Below, piece after piece: positions 38,973 through 48,442 of a stretch of DNA of 64,000 nucleotides. Each line of letters opens with the position of its first letter. Position 1 is the stretch's first letter. The stretch comes from Clostridiales bacterium. Its GTDB lineage: Bacteria > Bacillota > Clostridia > Oscillospirales > Oscillospiraceae. Made by a program: the position numbers and the translations under genes. A model generated the notes under the pieces. That model was not told the origin of the DNA and ran no database searches. It saw nothing but the letters and a program-made list of their open reading frames with translations. The stretch covers positions 10,450 to 74,449 of the forward strand of contig SFPN01000005.1 in NCBI GenBank assembly GCA_004551945.1, written 5' to 3'.

Positions 38973-38978
38973 GGCTTG

Positions 38979-39830
38979 CTACCTCCCTTGCCAGAGCCAG
39001 CCGGTCTTTTTCCGCAGCTTGCTGGGCTCCTGCTCACGGGGAAGCAGCTCGTTGCGCAGAACCCGGCCCAGGGTTTCCGGGGACAAATGCCGGCGCAGGT
39101 TCCCGCGGATGGCCACGGAGATGGCCCCGGTCTCCTCGGAGACGATGGCCACCACCGCGTCGGACCGCTCGCTCATACCCAGGCCCGCCCGGTGGCGCAT
39201 GCCTAAGTCCTTGCTCAGGTTCATGCTCTCCGACATGGGGAGCATACACCCGGCGGCCACAATTTTCCCCTGGCGGACCACCACCGCGCCGTCGTGCAGG
39301 GGGGCCTTGGGGAAGAAGAGATTTTTCAGCAGCTCGCTGGTCACCGAGGACTGGAAGGCGGTGCCGGAGGAGATCACATTGGCAAGGTCGGTGTCCCGCT
39401 CGAAGACCATGAGGGCGCCCACCTTGTTTTTGGACATCTCGCCATAGGCCTCCACCGTCTCGTTGATGGCGGTTTCCAGTTCGCTCACCGGCGCGTCATT
39501 GCGGAAGATCCGGGAGACGTTGTTGCTGCCGATGCGCTCCAAGAACCGGCGGATTTCCGGCTGGAAGATGATCACCAGGGCCAGCAGCCCCAGCTCCACC
39601 GCCTTGCTGAGCACAAAGTTTATGGTGTTCAGGTTAAACTGATAGGACAGCCACATGACCACAAGGATCAGCAGCAGGGCCTTGGCCACCTTGGCGGCGT
39701 TGGTCCGCTGGAGGATGTTGATGCCCTTGTAAACCACATAGGACAAAATGACAATATCCAGAAGGTCGGAAATGGTGATAAACCGCAGGGATTCTGCCAA
39801 CGTTGTAAGATACTGAACAAAGGACATCAC
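38979..39830 (-). CDS. cdaA: Diadenylate cyclase CdaA
   Basis: Three TM helices, IFQPEIRRFLE, PLHDGAV, GMRHRAG, VSEETG. Confidence 0.96.
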   Translation of the reverse strand: MMSFVQYLTTLAESLRFITISDLLDIVILSYVVYKGINILQRTNAAKVAKALLLILVVMWLSYQFNLNTINFVLSKAVELGLLALVIIFQPEIRRFLERIGSNNVSRIFRNDAPVSELETAINETVEAYGEMSKNKVGALMVFERDTDLANVISSGTAFQSSVTSELLKNLFFPKAPLHDGAVVVRQGKIVAAGCMLPMSESMNLSKDLGMRHRAGLGMSERSDAVVAIVSEETGAISVAIRGNLRRHLSPETLGRVLRNELLPREQEPSKLRKKTGWLWQGR

Positions 39831-39905
39831 ACTTCCACCTCCTGTGCCGAATGGTTGGCCGGCGCCCGGTCAGGTGCCGCCAAGAACGCCATGGTAATTC
39901 AAGTT

Positions 39906-39934
39906 ATTATACTGTATTTCCGTCCCATTTACAA
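39906..39934 (-). promoter_or_regulatory. sigma-A-like promoter of cdaA
   Basis: TTGTAA-17 nt-TATAAT. Confidence 0.6.
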
Positions 39935-40020
39935 CCCCGGAACTGCCGGAAATTTCCCTTTTCCTCCGGCGGCTCCCCGCAGACAAACGCGCCCCGGAAG
40001 ACCCAGGGCGCGTCTGCTGG

Positions 40021-41139
40021 CTAGGACGGCATCCGCCCGGCCAGTTCCAGGAAACGCTCCACCTCCCGGGGGGTGTTGAAGGCGGAAAAGCTCACCCGAA
40101 GGGTCCCCGTCTTTTCGGTTCCGGCGGTGATGTGGGCCTGGGGGGCGCAGTGAAGGCCCGTCCGCAGGGCCAGGCCCTGCCGGGCCAGCCACTCCCCGGC
40201 CTGTCCCGCGTCCCGGTCCGCCAGACGGAAGGAGAGCACACCGCTCTGATGCTCCCGGCTGGCAAACACCTGGACCCCAGGCAGCCGGGCCAGCCCTGCC
40301 GCCGCCTGGTTTTTCAGGGCGATCTCATGGCGCAGGAGCTTCTCCGTCCCCCTTTTCCGGACGAAGCGCATGCCCTCCAGCAGGCCCGCCGCCCCGGGGA
40401 CGTTGTGGGTTCCGGCCTCCAGCCGGTCGGGGAGAAAGTCCGGCATCTCCTGGAGCATGGAAAGGCTGCCGGTGCCCCCCTCCATCAGGGGCTGGACTTT
40501 TTCCCCCCGGCACAGGAGCAGGCCGGTGCCCTGGGGACCGTAAAGCCCCTTGTGCCCGGGCATCGCCACGAATTCCGCCCCCCAGTCCTCCATGCGGATG
40601 GGCAGCAGCCCCGCCGACTGGGCGGCGTCCACAATGAGGGGCACCTGCCGCCGGCGGCAGCGGGCGGCGATCTCCTCCACCGGGAGGATGAAGCCGAAAA
40701 CGTTGGACACATGGGTGCAGATCACCACATCCACCGTCTCGTCCAGCTGCCGGTCCAGCTCCTCCAGAAGCCGCTCCGGCTGGAACAAAGGCGTTCGCAG
40801 GGTCCGCAGGTGAACCTCCGGAATGGCCGCCAGAGGGCGGGTCACCGCGTTGTGCTCGTACCCGGTGAGAAGCACGGTGCTTCCCGGCTTTACCAGGGTT
40901 TTGATGGCAATGTTCAGCCCGTGGGTGGCGCTGGTGGTGAGGATCACCCGCTCCGGCTCCGCCACCTGAAACAGGGCGGCGGCCTCCTCCCGGCAGGCCA
41001 GCAGGGTTTTGGCCGCCCGGGCGGCCGGGCCGTAATCCCCCCGTCCCGGGGAGGCCATGGTGACCATGGCCTCCCCCATGGCCCGCCGGACCGCCGGGGG
41101 CTTCTGGAGGGAGGTGGCGGCACTGTCAAAATAGATCAC
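40021..41139 (-). CDS. Cysteine desulfurase / selenocysteine lyase family (aminotransferase class V)
   Basis: IYFDSAATS, EHNAV, VDAAQSAG, PGHKGLYGPQG, RTGLHCAP; GTG start overlapping the upstream stop. Confidence 0.92.
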   Translation of the reverse strand: MIYFDSAATSLQKPPAVRRAMGEAMVTMASPGRGDYGPAARAAKTLLACREEAAALFQVAEPERVILTTSATHGLNIAIKTLVKPGSTVLLTGYEHNAVTRPLAAIPEVHLRTLRTPLFQPERLLEELDRQLDETVDVVICTHVSNVFGFILPVEEIAARCRRRQVPLIVDAAQSAGLLPIRMEDWGAEFVAMPGHKGLYGPQGTGLLLCRGEKVQPLMEGGTGSLSMLQEMPDFLPDRLEAGTHNVPGAAGLLEGMRFVRKRGTEKLLRHEIALKNQAAAGLARLPGVQVFASREHQSGVLSFRLADRDAGQAGEWLARQGLALRTGLHCAPQAHITAGTEKTGTLRVSFSAFNTPREVERFLELAGRMPS

Positions 41140-41387
41140 AGCTCCACCTCCCGGTAGCCGTACCCTTCCGCGCTCACGTAGACCCCCTGGTGGGGCAGAC
41201 CTGTCCCGTTCAGGATGGTCAGGGCCCGGGACAGGGCGTGGGCGGGAATCTTCACCGAATAGCTGCATCCGGCGGGGGATATCTCCGCCGGAGATCGGAG
41301 GATCCGGGCCGGAATCCCGGCCCGCTCCAGAGCTTTGGAAATCCGCTGCGCGTTGGTCTGGGATCGGCACATAATGAGATAAAACAT
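41136..41387 (-). CDS. DUF3343-like small protein (putative S/Se carrier)
   Basis: FYLIMCRSQTNA...SPAEISPAGCSYSV, coupled to the desulfurase gene. Confidence 0.75.
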   Translation of the reverse strand: MFYLIMCRSQTNAQRISKALERAGIPARILRSPAEISPAGCSYSVKIPAHALSRALTILNGTGLPHQGVYVSAEGYGYREVEL

Positions 41388-41473
41388 AGGAACCTCCATG
41401 CGCTGTGCAAGCGCGATGGGAGGGGGCTCTCACCGGCCCGGGATTTTCCCGGGCCGGGTTTTGTTTTTGAGAC

Positions 41474-41517
41474 AAAAAAGCTCCTCCCGCACCCATTCTA
41501 TGCGCGGGAGGAGAAAA
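41474..41517 (-). terminator. Intrinsic terminator after ispF (overlaps a SigK/E-like promoter)
   Basis: CTCCTCCCGC/GCGGGAGGAG stem plus U-tract on - strand. Confidence 0.6.
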
Positions 41518-41540
41518 CGTGTCGATTTCGTCCCCTTGGT

Positions 41541-42020
41541 TTACTTGTCCAGCGTCTCCAGAAGGACCACGCTGTGGGCGGCAATGCCCTGCTCCCGCCC
41601 GGTAAAGCCCAGACCCTCTTCCGTGGTGGCCTTTACGCTGATGGCGCTCACCGGCACCCCCATGGCCCGGGATAGATTCTGCCTCATCCGGGGGATGTGG
41701 GGCATGAGCTTGGGCTGCTGGGCCAGAATGGTCATGTCGGCGTTTTCCACCCGCCAGCCCGCCTGGTGCAGCAGGTCCATGACCTTCCCCAAAAGCACCA
41801 GGCTGGAGATGCCCGCGTAGCTGGGGTCCTTGTCCGGGAAATGCTGGCCGATATCCCCCAGGGCCGCCGCCCCCAGCAGGGCGTCCATCAGCGCGTGGGT
41901 GACCACGTCCGCGTCGGAGTGGCCCAGAAGGCCCAGGGCGTGGGGGATCTCCACCCCGCCCAGAATAAGCTTCCGCCCGGGCACCAGCCGGTGCACATCA
42001 TATCCGTGTCCTATCCGCAT
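41541..42020 (-). CDS. ispF: 2-C-methyl-D-erythritol 2,4-cyclodiphosphate synthase
   Basis: [38 protein letters not shown]. Confidence 0.97.
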   Translation of the reverse strand: MRIGHGYDVHRLVPGRKLILGGVEIPHALGLLGHSDADVVTHALMDALLGAAALGDIGQHFPDKDPSYAGISSLVLLGKVMDLLHQAGWRVENADMTILAQQPKLMPHIPRMRQNLSRAMGVPVSAISVKATTEEGLGFTGREQGIAAHSVVLLETLDK

Positions 42021-42022
42021 GG

Positions 42023-42754
42023 TCAGCGTCCCATCCTTTCCGCGATGATTGCATCTGCCCACAGCAGGTCTGCCGGGGTGGTGATTTTCAGGTTTTCCTC
42101 GCTGCCCTGGGTCAGGCGCACAGGAAAGCCCAGCCGCTCCACCGCCGAGCAGTCGTCTGTAAGGACGGCTCCCTCCTCCATGGCCTTGGTCTCCGCCGTC
42201 TGGATGAGGTCGGCGTCAAAGACCTGGGGCGTCTGAACGGCAAAAAGTTCGTCACGGTCCGGGGTCTCCTGGATGACCCCGTCCTTCGCCCGCTTGATGG
42301 TGTCCTTCACCGGGATGGCCGGGGCGGCGGCAGAGCACTGCCGGGCCGCTTCAATGGCCGTCTCGATGACCTCCCGGGTCACAAAGGGACGGGCCCCGTC
42401 GTGAATGGCGAGGAGGGCCGCCTCCGGGTCCGCCGCCTTCAGGCCCGCCAGCACCGACTCCGTGCGGCTCTCGCCCCCCTTGACCACCCGGCGGACCTTG
42501 GAGAAGCCCTCCCGGCGGCACAGCTCGCCAATGGCCACCATCAGGTCCTCCCGGGTGACAATGACGATCTCATCCACCAGGTCCGAGCTCTGGAAGGGGG
42601 CCAGGGTATAGGCCAGCAGGGGCCGTCCCCCCATGGGGCAGAGGATCTTGTCCACCCCCTCCATCCGGGAGGCCCGGCCAGCCGCCACGATCACCGCCGA
42701 GCAGGTCCGGGCCGGCGCCTGCTTCTTCCCAAACAGCTTTTCTAAGAAACCCAT
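42023..42754 (-). CDS. ispD: 2-C-methyl-D-erythritol 4-phosphate cytidylyltransferase
   Basis: [42 protein letters not shown]. Confidence 0.96.
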   Translation of the reverse strand: MGFLEKLFGKKQAPARTCSAVIVAAGRASRMEGVDKILCPMGGRPLLAYTLAPFQSSDLVDEIVIVTREDLMVAIGELCRREGFSKVRRVVKGGESRTESVLAGLKAADPEAALLAIHDGARPFVTREVIETAIEAARQCSAAAPAIPVKDTIKRAKDGVIQETPDRDELFAVQTPQVFDADLIQTAETKAMEEGAVLTDDCSAVERLGFPVRLTQGSEENLKITTPADLLWADAIIAERMGR

Positions 42755-42777
42755 GTGTCCTCCCTTTCCGATCAGGC

Positions 42778-42806
42778 CAAAAAAGGAGCCGGCCGGCTCC
42801 TTTTTT
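42778..42806 (-). terminator. Hairpin/terminator between carD and ispD
   Basis: AAAAAAGGAGCCGGCCGGCTCCTTTTTT palindrome. Confidence 0.6.
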
Positions 42807-42820
42807 CTCTGTCTCTTACG

Positions 42821-43300
42821 CTATGCGCCCAGGGCCGCGTCCATGCGGGACTCCGCCTCCTGATAGCTGATGGACTGGGCCATGCCGATCTCAGAGATCA
42901 GAATCTGCTTGGCGGAGTGGAGCATTTTCCGCTCCCCGGTGGACAGGCCCCGGCGGCTCTCCCGGAGCATGAGGCTTTTGACCACCTTGGCCACCTCCAT
43001 AAGGTCGCCGCTTTTCAGCCGCAGCATGTTCTCCCGGTAGCGGTGGTTCCAGTTGGGCTCCAGCGCCACCTCCAGGCCTGCGATCTGGCAGAGAATCTGC
43101 TCCACCTGGTCCCCGGTGAGGATGGCCCGGACGCCGATCTCCCGGCAGCTTTCGGTGGGGATCATCACCACCATGTCCCCTACGGGCAGACGGAGACTGT
43201 AGTAGTCCCGAAGGACGCCGTTCACCTTCCGCGTTACGATGCCGTCCACGATCCCCGCGCCGTGCATGGGATGGACGATCTTGTCTCCGATCCGGAACAT
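42821..43300 (-). CDS. carD: CarD family RNA polymerase-binding regulator
   Basis: MFRIGDKIVHPMHGAG, NWNHRYREN, LSTGERKML. Confidence 0.93.
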   Translation of the reverse strand: MFRIGDKIVHPMHGAGIVDGIVTRKVNGVLRDYYSLRLPVGDMVVMIPTESCREIGVRAILTGDQVEQILCQIAGLEVALEPNWNHRYRENMLRLKSGDLMEVAKVVKSLMLRESRRGLSTGERKMLHSAKQILISEIGMAQSISYQEAESRMDAALGA

Positions 43301-43385
43301 CGACCCACCTCCTGAGCCATCACTATCCACTTGCTGCCTTCGGTCACACACTCCTGCCTCTATGTCTGAAATAAAGATTAGTATT

Positions 43386-43414
43386 ATTATACCGTTGTTT
43401 TGTATGGTTTGCAA
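43386..43414 (-). promoter_or_regulatory. sigma-A-like promoter of carD
   Basis: TTGCAA-17 nt-TATAAT. Confidence 0.7.
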
Positions 43415-43475
43415 GCATTTCCCCAGAAAAATGTTGTAAAATCCCCTGTTTTTCCGGGGAAATCTGTCCAAAGCA

Positions 43476-43512
43476 TAAAAATAAGCGGCGTCAGATTTCT
43501 CTGACGCCGCTT
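43476..43512 (-). terminator. Intrinsic terminator after the zinc-ribbon gene
   Basis: AAGCGGCGTCAGA/TCTGACGCCGCTT stem plus U-tract. Confidence 0.75.
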
Positions 43513-43535
43513 GGATTGGCGAAACTTCAAGGAAA

Positions 43536-43811
43536 TTAAGCTTCTCTCATCCGAGCAAAGCACTCGCTGCAGTAGACGGGACGATCAGACTTGGGCTCGA
43601 AGGGAACCTTCGCCTCGCCGCCGCAGGATGCGCAGACTGCGGTGAAGTATTCGCGGGGACCGCGGGAAGCAGCCTTGCGGGCGTCACGGCAGGCCTTGCA
43701 ACGCTGAGGCTCGTTCTGGAAGCCTCTCTCTGCATAGAATTCCTGCTCGCCAGCGGAGAACACGAACTCGTTACCACACTCTTTGCATACTAAAGTCTTA
43801 TCTTCGTACAT
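43536..43811 (-). CDS. Double zinc-ribbon protein (zf-trcl plus CxxC-x17-CxxC)
   Basis: DKTLVCKECGNEFVFSAGEQEFY...PQRCKACR; CASCG...PFEPKSDRPVYCSECF. Confidence 0.9.
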   Translation of the reverse strand: MYEDKTLVCKECGNEFVFSAGEQEFYAERGFQNEPQRCKACRDARKAASRGPREYFTAVCASCGGEAKVPFEPKSDRPVYCSECFARMREA

Positions 43812-43871
43812 GCTTTTAACCCTCTCTTTGACATTGTAACCCTGGTTTTGCGGGTCAGATAAAATATGCGA

Positions 43872-44507
43872 TCAGCCTTTGCTGTAGTCGCCATGGGAAA
43901 GATGCCGCGCAATTTTGCGCCGGATGCGTTGCACGGCGTTGTCCACCGCCTTGGTGGACCGGTTTACCTCTTCAGCAATCTCGGCATAAGACGCCCCTTC
44001 CAGGTATCGCGCCAGCACCTGGGCCTCCAGCTGGGTCAGCTGGTTCTGGATGGCCTCCTCCAGTGCCCGCAGATTTTCCTGGTGAATCACAACATCTTCG
44101 GGATTGCCCTGGCCATGATATGCTGCGCCAAGGGATGCAACCTCCTGGTCAGCCAAAAAGAGGGACGGTTCGAGGGAGACATAGTTGTTCAGCGGAATGT
44201 GCTTGCCGCTGGCAGCGGCCTTCACCGCAGAGATGATCCGGCGGCGGATACAGAGCTCAGCGAAGGTGCGAAACTGCGCCCCCCGGCCCGGGCGGAATTC
44301 CCGGATGGCCGAGAGCAGGCCCAGCATACCCTCCTGGATGAGATCCTCGCTGTCGCCCCCTGCAAGAAAGAAGGGGCGGGCACACGCCCGCACCAGGCGG
44401 GTGTGGCGCAGAACCAGTGCTTCCTCTGCTGCGCGGCCGCCCTGAGCGGCCTGCGCGCATAAGTCTTCGTCTGTCATACGCTGATGGGAAATAGATTCCG
44501 AATTCAT
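43872..44507 (-). CDS. sigH: RNA polymerase sigma-H factor
   Basis: FFLAGGDSEDLIQEGMLGL, FRTFAELCIRR, KHIPLNNYVSL, SYAEIA...KAVDNAVQRIRRK. Confidence 0.92.
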   Translation of the reverse strand: MNSESISHQRMTDEDLCAQAAQGGRAAEEALVLRHTRLVRACARPFFLAGGDSEDLIQEGMLGLLSAIREFRPGRGAQFRTFAELCIRRRIISAVKAAASGKHIPLNNYVSLEPSLFLADQEVASLGAAYHGQGNPEDVVIHQENLRALEEAIQNQLTQLEAQVLARYLEGASYAEIAEEVNRSTKAVDNAVQRIRRKIARHLSHGDYSKG

Positions 44508-44522
44508 AATTTTTTCATAATC

Positions 44523-44551
44523 ATTATAGTTGACTTCCTGAAGGAAGTCAA
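44523..44551 (-). promoter_or_regulatory. sigma-A-like promoter of sigH overlaid by a 9-4-9 palindrome
   Basis: TTGACT-17 nt-TATAAT; TTGACTTCC-TGAA-GGAAGTCAA at 44530-44551. Confidence 0.7.
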
Positions 44552-44644
44552 GGGAATTATCAAGTTAATGCTAAATTTCAAAAAATTTGCGTCATTTTTG
44601 TACAATTTTTTCGACGGTTTCTGCATGGTTTCCTGCATTCTCTT

Positions 44645-45688
44645 TTAAAGCCGCAGCTGTTCCTGGCCCTGGAAGGGGAGGTTCAGGTGCTCGTAAGCCA
44701 GGCGGGTGACGCACCGGCCCCGGGGCGTCCGGGTGAGAAAACCGATCTGCATCAGGTAGGGCTCGTACACATCCTCCAGGGTCACAGCCTCCTCCCCCAC
44801 GGTGGCAGCCAGGGTCTCCAGCCCCACAGGGCCGCCGCCGTAATGGGTGATGATGCTGCGGAGCATCCGCCGGTCCACCTCGTCCAGACCCAGGCGGTCC
44901 ACCTCCAGGGCGATCAGGGCCTGGTCGGCCACCCCCTTGGTGATGACGCCCCCGGCACGGACCTGGGCAAAGTCCCGCACCCGGCGGAGCAGCCGGTTGG
45001 CGATGCGGGGGGTGCCTCTGGCCCGGCGGGCGATCTCCGCCGCCCCCTCCGCCTCAATGGGTACCCCTAAAATCCCGGCGCTGCGGGTGACGATCTGAGC
45101 CAGCTCCTCCGGGCTGTACAGCTCCAGCCGGAGCATCACCCCGAACCGGTCCCGAAGGGGAGCGGAGAGCTGGCCCGCCCGGGTGGTAGCCCCGATGAGG
45201 GTGAACTTGGGCAGGTCCAGCCGGATGGAGTTGGCGGAGGGTCCCTTGCCGATGATGATGTCGATGGCGTAGTCCTCCATGGCCGGGTAAAGGATCTCCT
45301 CCACCGCCCGGTTCAGCCGGTGGATCTCGTCCACAAAGAGGATGTCGTTTTCGTTTAAGTTGGTGAGCAGGGCTGCCAGGTCCCCGGGCTTTTCAATGGC
45401 GGGGCCGGAGGTGATGCGGATGTTCACCCCCATCTCGTTGGCGATGATCCCGGAGAGGGTGGTTTTGCCCAGACCCGGGGGGCCGTGAAGGAGCACATGG
45501 TCCAGGGGCTCCCCCCGCAGCTTGGCCGCGTCAATGAACACCGACAGGTTGTCCTTGGCCTTCTGCTGGCCGATGTACTCCGTCAGGGTTTTGGGCCGGA
45601 GAGAGCCTTCCCCCTCGTCCGCCTGGGTGAGCGAGGTGGTCACCAGAGGCTCCTGGTTCTCTTCCATGGAAGAAAAATCTATGCTCAT
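44645..45688 (-). CDS. ruvB: Holliday junction branch migration helicase
   Basis: [48 protein letters not shown]. Confidence 0.98.
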   Translation of the reverse strand: MSIDFSSMEENQEPLVTTSLTQADEGEGSLRPKTLTEYIGQQKAKDNLSVFIDAAKLRGEPLDHVLLHGPPGLGKTTLSGIIANEMGVNIRITSGPAIEKPGDLAALLTNLNENDILFVDEIHRLNRAVEEILYPAMEDYAIDIIIGKGPSANSIRLDLPKFTLIGATTRAGQLSAPLRDRFGVMLRLELYSPEELAQIVTRSAGILGVPIEAEGAAEIARRARGTPRIANRLLRRVRDFAQVRAGGVITKGVADQALIALEVDRLGLDEVDRRMLRSIITHYGGGPVGLETLAATVGEEAVTLEDVYEPYLMQIGFLTRTPRGRCVTRLAYEHLNLPFQGQEQLRL

Positions 45689-45701
45689 GGGGCTGCCTCC
45701 T

Positions 45702-46304
45702 TTACTTTACCATCTTCCGCAGGGCCTGGCGGACGATCTCCTCCAGGGTGAGCTTCTCCAGGTCCAGCCCCTTGAGGGCTGCGGTGATCTCCGCCGGGCT
45801 GTATCCCAGCACTGCCAGGGCAGCGGAGGCCTCGGAGGTCTTGTTCTGGGGAATCACCGTCACGCCGGTGCCGCCGTAGCTCTCCTCCGCCGCGGGGAGC
45901 TGGCCCTTGGCCAGCTTGTCCTTCAGCTCCAGAATCACCCGCTGGGCAATCTTCTTGCCGATGCCCTGAGCCACCATCAGAGCCTTCTCATTGCCGGTGA
46001 TAATGGCGGTGGCCAGGGCCTCTGGGGTGGAGGCTGAGAGAATGGACAGGGCCGCCTTGGGGCCCACCCCGGACACCCCGATGAGCATCTGGAAGCAGCT
46101 GCGCTCGTTTTCCGTTGCGAAGCCGTAGAGCTCCATGGCGTCCTCCCGGACGTTCAGGTGGGTGTAGAGCTTGGCCTTCTGCCCCACCTGGAGGGCAGAG
46201 AGTGTGTAGCTGGTAGTGCGGCAGGCGTAGCCCACGCCGCCGCAGTCGATCACCGCCAGGTTGGGGGCCAGGTGGCCCACGGTGCCGCTGAGATAGTAGA
46301 ACAC
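45702..46304 (-). CDS. ruvA: Holliday junction DNA-binding subunit
   Basis: [43 protein letters not shown]; probable GTG start. Confidence 0.97.
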   Translation of the reverse strand: MFYYLSGTVGHLAPNLAVIDCGGVGYACRTTSYTLSALQVGQKAKLYTHLNVREDAMELYGFATENERSCFQMLIGVSGVGPKAALSILSASTPEALATAIITGNEKALMVAQGIGKKIAQRVILELKDKLAKGQLPAAEESYGGTGVTVIPQNKTSEASAALAVLGYSPAEITAALKGLDLEKLTLEEIVRQALRKMVK

Positions 46305-46338
46305 AGGCAAGCGCCCCTTTCTTCTGGTGTTTGTTCCG

Positions 46339-46827
46339 TCACGGTTGGTATAACCGGGAGGTGTGGGACCGGGCGTGGCACAGAGCGATGGCCACTGCGT
46401 CCGCCGCGTCGTCCGGCTTGGGCACCCCGGGGAGCTTCAAGATCCGCTTGGTCATGTCCATGACCTGGTGCTTTTCCGCCTTTCCGTAGCCCACCACCGC
46501 CTGCTTCACCTGGGAGGGGGTGTATTCAAAGATCTCCACCCCCAGCTTGGCCGCCGCCGCCAGGATCACCCCCCGGGCCTGGGCCACCCCGATGCCGGTG
46601 GTGACGTTGGTGTTGAAGAACAGCTCCTCAATGGCCATGGCGTCGGGCTGAAAGGTGGCAATCAGGGTCTCCATATCCTGCTGGATCTGGAGCAGCCGCT
46701 GGGGCATGGGAACCCCCGCCGGGGTGTTGATGGCCCCGCAGCGCACCAGCCGGGCCTGTCCCCGGTCCGCCTCCAAAACGCCGAAGCCCACGATGGCGTA
46801 GCCCGGGTCGATGCCTAAAATGCGCAC
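46339..46827 (-). CDS. ruvC: Holliday junction resolvase
   Basis: RILGIDPG, AIEELFF, QARGVI, VKQAVVGYGKA, DDAADA. Confidence 0.97.
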   Translation of the reverse strand: MRILGIDPGYAIVGFGVLEADRGQARLVRCGAINTPAGVPMPQRLLQIQQDMETLIATFQPDAMAIEELFFNTNVTTGIGVAQARGVILAAAAKLGVEIFEYTPSQVKQAVVGYGKAEKHQVMDMTKRILKLPGVPKPDDAADAVAIALCHARSHTSRLYQP

Positions 46828-46904
46828 GGTCTCCCCTCCCCGATTCGTATTATCGAACTATTGTACCATAAAAGGCCAGCCCTCCGCAAGCCCTGATCCC
46901 CCTA

Positions 46905-46942
46905 AGAAGAACCCCCATCGTTCGGAAGAAACGATGGGGGTA
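46905..46942 (-). terminator. Intrinsic terminator after the YhhQ-like gene
   Basis: ACCCCCATCGTT/AACGATGGGGGT stem, T-rich tail on - strand. Confidence 0.6.
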
Positions 46943-46954
46943 GAAAGCAGGACC

Positions 46955-47659
46955 TTAGTCCTTGATGACGCCCTTCTGCTTCATGGCCCGGGCCAGATAG
47001 ACAACGGGCGTGTCGATGAGGCTGGTGAAAATGAAGATCAGATAACTGGTCACCATCACGGACAGGAGGGTTTGGGTGTCGTACCAGCCGGCAAAGGCCA
47101 GAAGGGTAAAGAGAACGGTGTTGAGAATCTGGGAGATCAGCGTGGAGCCGTTGTTGCGCAGCCACAGATAGCCCTTGCTGTCCCCGGTCTTTTGGGTGGT
47201 GAAGGCCCACCAGCGGTGGTACAGCCACACGTCAAACCGCTGGGACACCACATAGCCCACAAAGCTGGCCAGCAGCATCCGGGGGGTGGTGGAGAAGATG
47301 GCGGTAATGTGCTCAAAGGCCCAGTCCGATTCGGCGGGGGTGTACAGCAGCCAGTACTGGGTGAAGAGGATCATGATAATTGCGGCGAACACCCCCAGCC
47401 ACACCGCCCTGGAGGCACTCTTCTTCCCTTCATTCTCACTGAGGATATCGGTGATGAGGTAGGTAGAGGCAAACATGACGTTGCCCAGGGTCTGCTCCAT
47501 GCCAAACCCCTGGATGAGGATGAGCACCTCTACGTTTGCAAAGATGGTGGCGGCCACCGTCATGGCGTACAGGCCGGTCTTGCCGAACAGCCGGTAGGCC
47601 GCTAGCACCGCCCCATAGATCAGCAGGACCGAGCCTGCCAGCAGCAGTTCGTTAGGCAT
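46955..47659 (-). CDS. yhhQ: Queuosine precursor transporter (YhhQ/Vut_1 family)
   Basis: ANVEV, TLGNVMFASTYLITDILSE, TPRMLLASFVGYVVSQRFDV, LWLRNNGSTLISQ, DTPVVY; under a preQ1 riboswitch. Confidence 0.9.
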   Translation of the reverse strand: MPNELLLAGSVLLIYGAVLAAYRLFGKTGLYAMTVAATIFANVEVLILIQGFGMEQTLGNVMFASTYLITDILSENEGKKSASRAVWLGVFAAIIMILFTQYWLLYTPAESDWAFEHITAIFSTTPRMLLASFVGYVVSQRFDVWLYHRWWAFTTQKTGDSKGYLWLRNNGSTLISQILNTVLFTLLAFAGWYDTQTLLSVMVTSYLIFIFTSLIDTPVVYLARAMKQKGVIKD

Positions 47660-48371
47660 AGGCCACCTCCGGCGCACCAACGCCAAAATCCGTGTTGTTC
47701 AGCAGAATGTCCACCCGGTGGTTTTCCAGGTAATCCGGCATGACCCGCTGGGTAAAGGTCCGGATCACCTGCTGGTCCGGCTTCAGCTTGGTTTGGTTCT
47801 CTACGAAAATATTGACGCAGACCCGCTCGAAGTGGGCAAGGCCGGTTTCCATATCCCGGCGCATACTCTCCTCCGTCTGCCCGGTGAGCCCGAAGAGCAG
47901 GCAGCACTCGTCAAACTGCCGGGCGATCCGGGCTGGGTCCTCCTCCGGGATGCCCTTGCGCAGCACCTTCTCCCGGAAGTCCCGGTCAAAGGTTTCCACC
48001 CCGGTTTTGATTTTCAGGGTGGTGCCCACTGCCCCGAAGGCCGCCCGCAGGGCGGGGATCTCCTCCCGGTAGAGCCAGTGACACTCAAAGTGCAGGGTGC
48101 GGATGGCCTTCTCCCGGCACAGGTCCAGAAGGGCCTTCATTGTCCGGGAGTCCAGTTCGGGGAAGCTGCCGGAGTTAATCACCTCCAGGTGGTGATAACA
48201 CCCGGTCACCTGCTGCAAAACCTCTTGGTTCAGCCTCCAGTTTTCCGCCTCGTCAGGCGAGCTGTCCAGATGATAGTCGCAGAAGGTGCATTTGCGCCAG
48301 CGGCAGCCGGTGCCCCGGAGGAGAACAATCTCCCTGGGATTTTTCTCGTGAAGAATGCTGTAACGTACCAT
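47652..48371 (-). CDS. queL: Short radical SAM protein, probable queuine lyase
   Basis: REIVLLRGTGCRWRKCTFCDY (CX4CX2C), EVINSGSFPEL, FECHWLY, KTGVETFD, NNTDFGVG; preQ1 riboswitch and yhhQ context. Confidence 0.75.
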   Translation of the reverse strand: MVRYSILHEKNPREIVLLRGTGCRWRKCTFCDYHLDSSPDEAENWRLNQEVLQQVTGCYHHLEVINSGSFPELDSRTMKALLDLCREKAIRTLHFECHWLYREEIPALRAAFGAVGTTLKIKTGVETFDRDFREKVLRKGIPEEDPARIARQFDECCLLFGLTGQTEESMRRDMETGLAHFERVCVNIFVENQTKLKPDQQVIRTFTQRVMPDYLENHRVDILLNNTDFGVGAPEVAYA

Positions 48372-48392
48372 AGTTACCCTCTTTCCAAGGGC

Positions 48393-48419
48393 AAAAAAAG
48401 TACGCCCATATGGGCGCAC
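48393..48419 (-). terminator. Riboswitch expression-platform terminator
   Basis: GTGCGCCCATATGGGCGTAC hairpin plus 7 U on - strand, between the aptamer and the queL start. Confidence 0.75.
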
Positions 48420-48442
48420 CAATCCAGTATCAATTTTGCCCA

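Noticed and set aside
40021..41496. 491-aa extended desulfurase ORF
   Set aside because: The extension overlaps the DUF3343-like gene; the family N-terminus begins at IYFDS
46840..46862. Possible LexA box upstream of ruvC
   Set aside because: Only a CGAAC half-site in an inverted arrangement; does not fit GAAC-N4-GTTC
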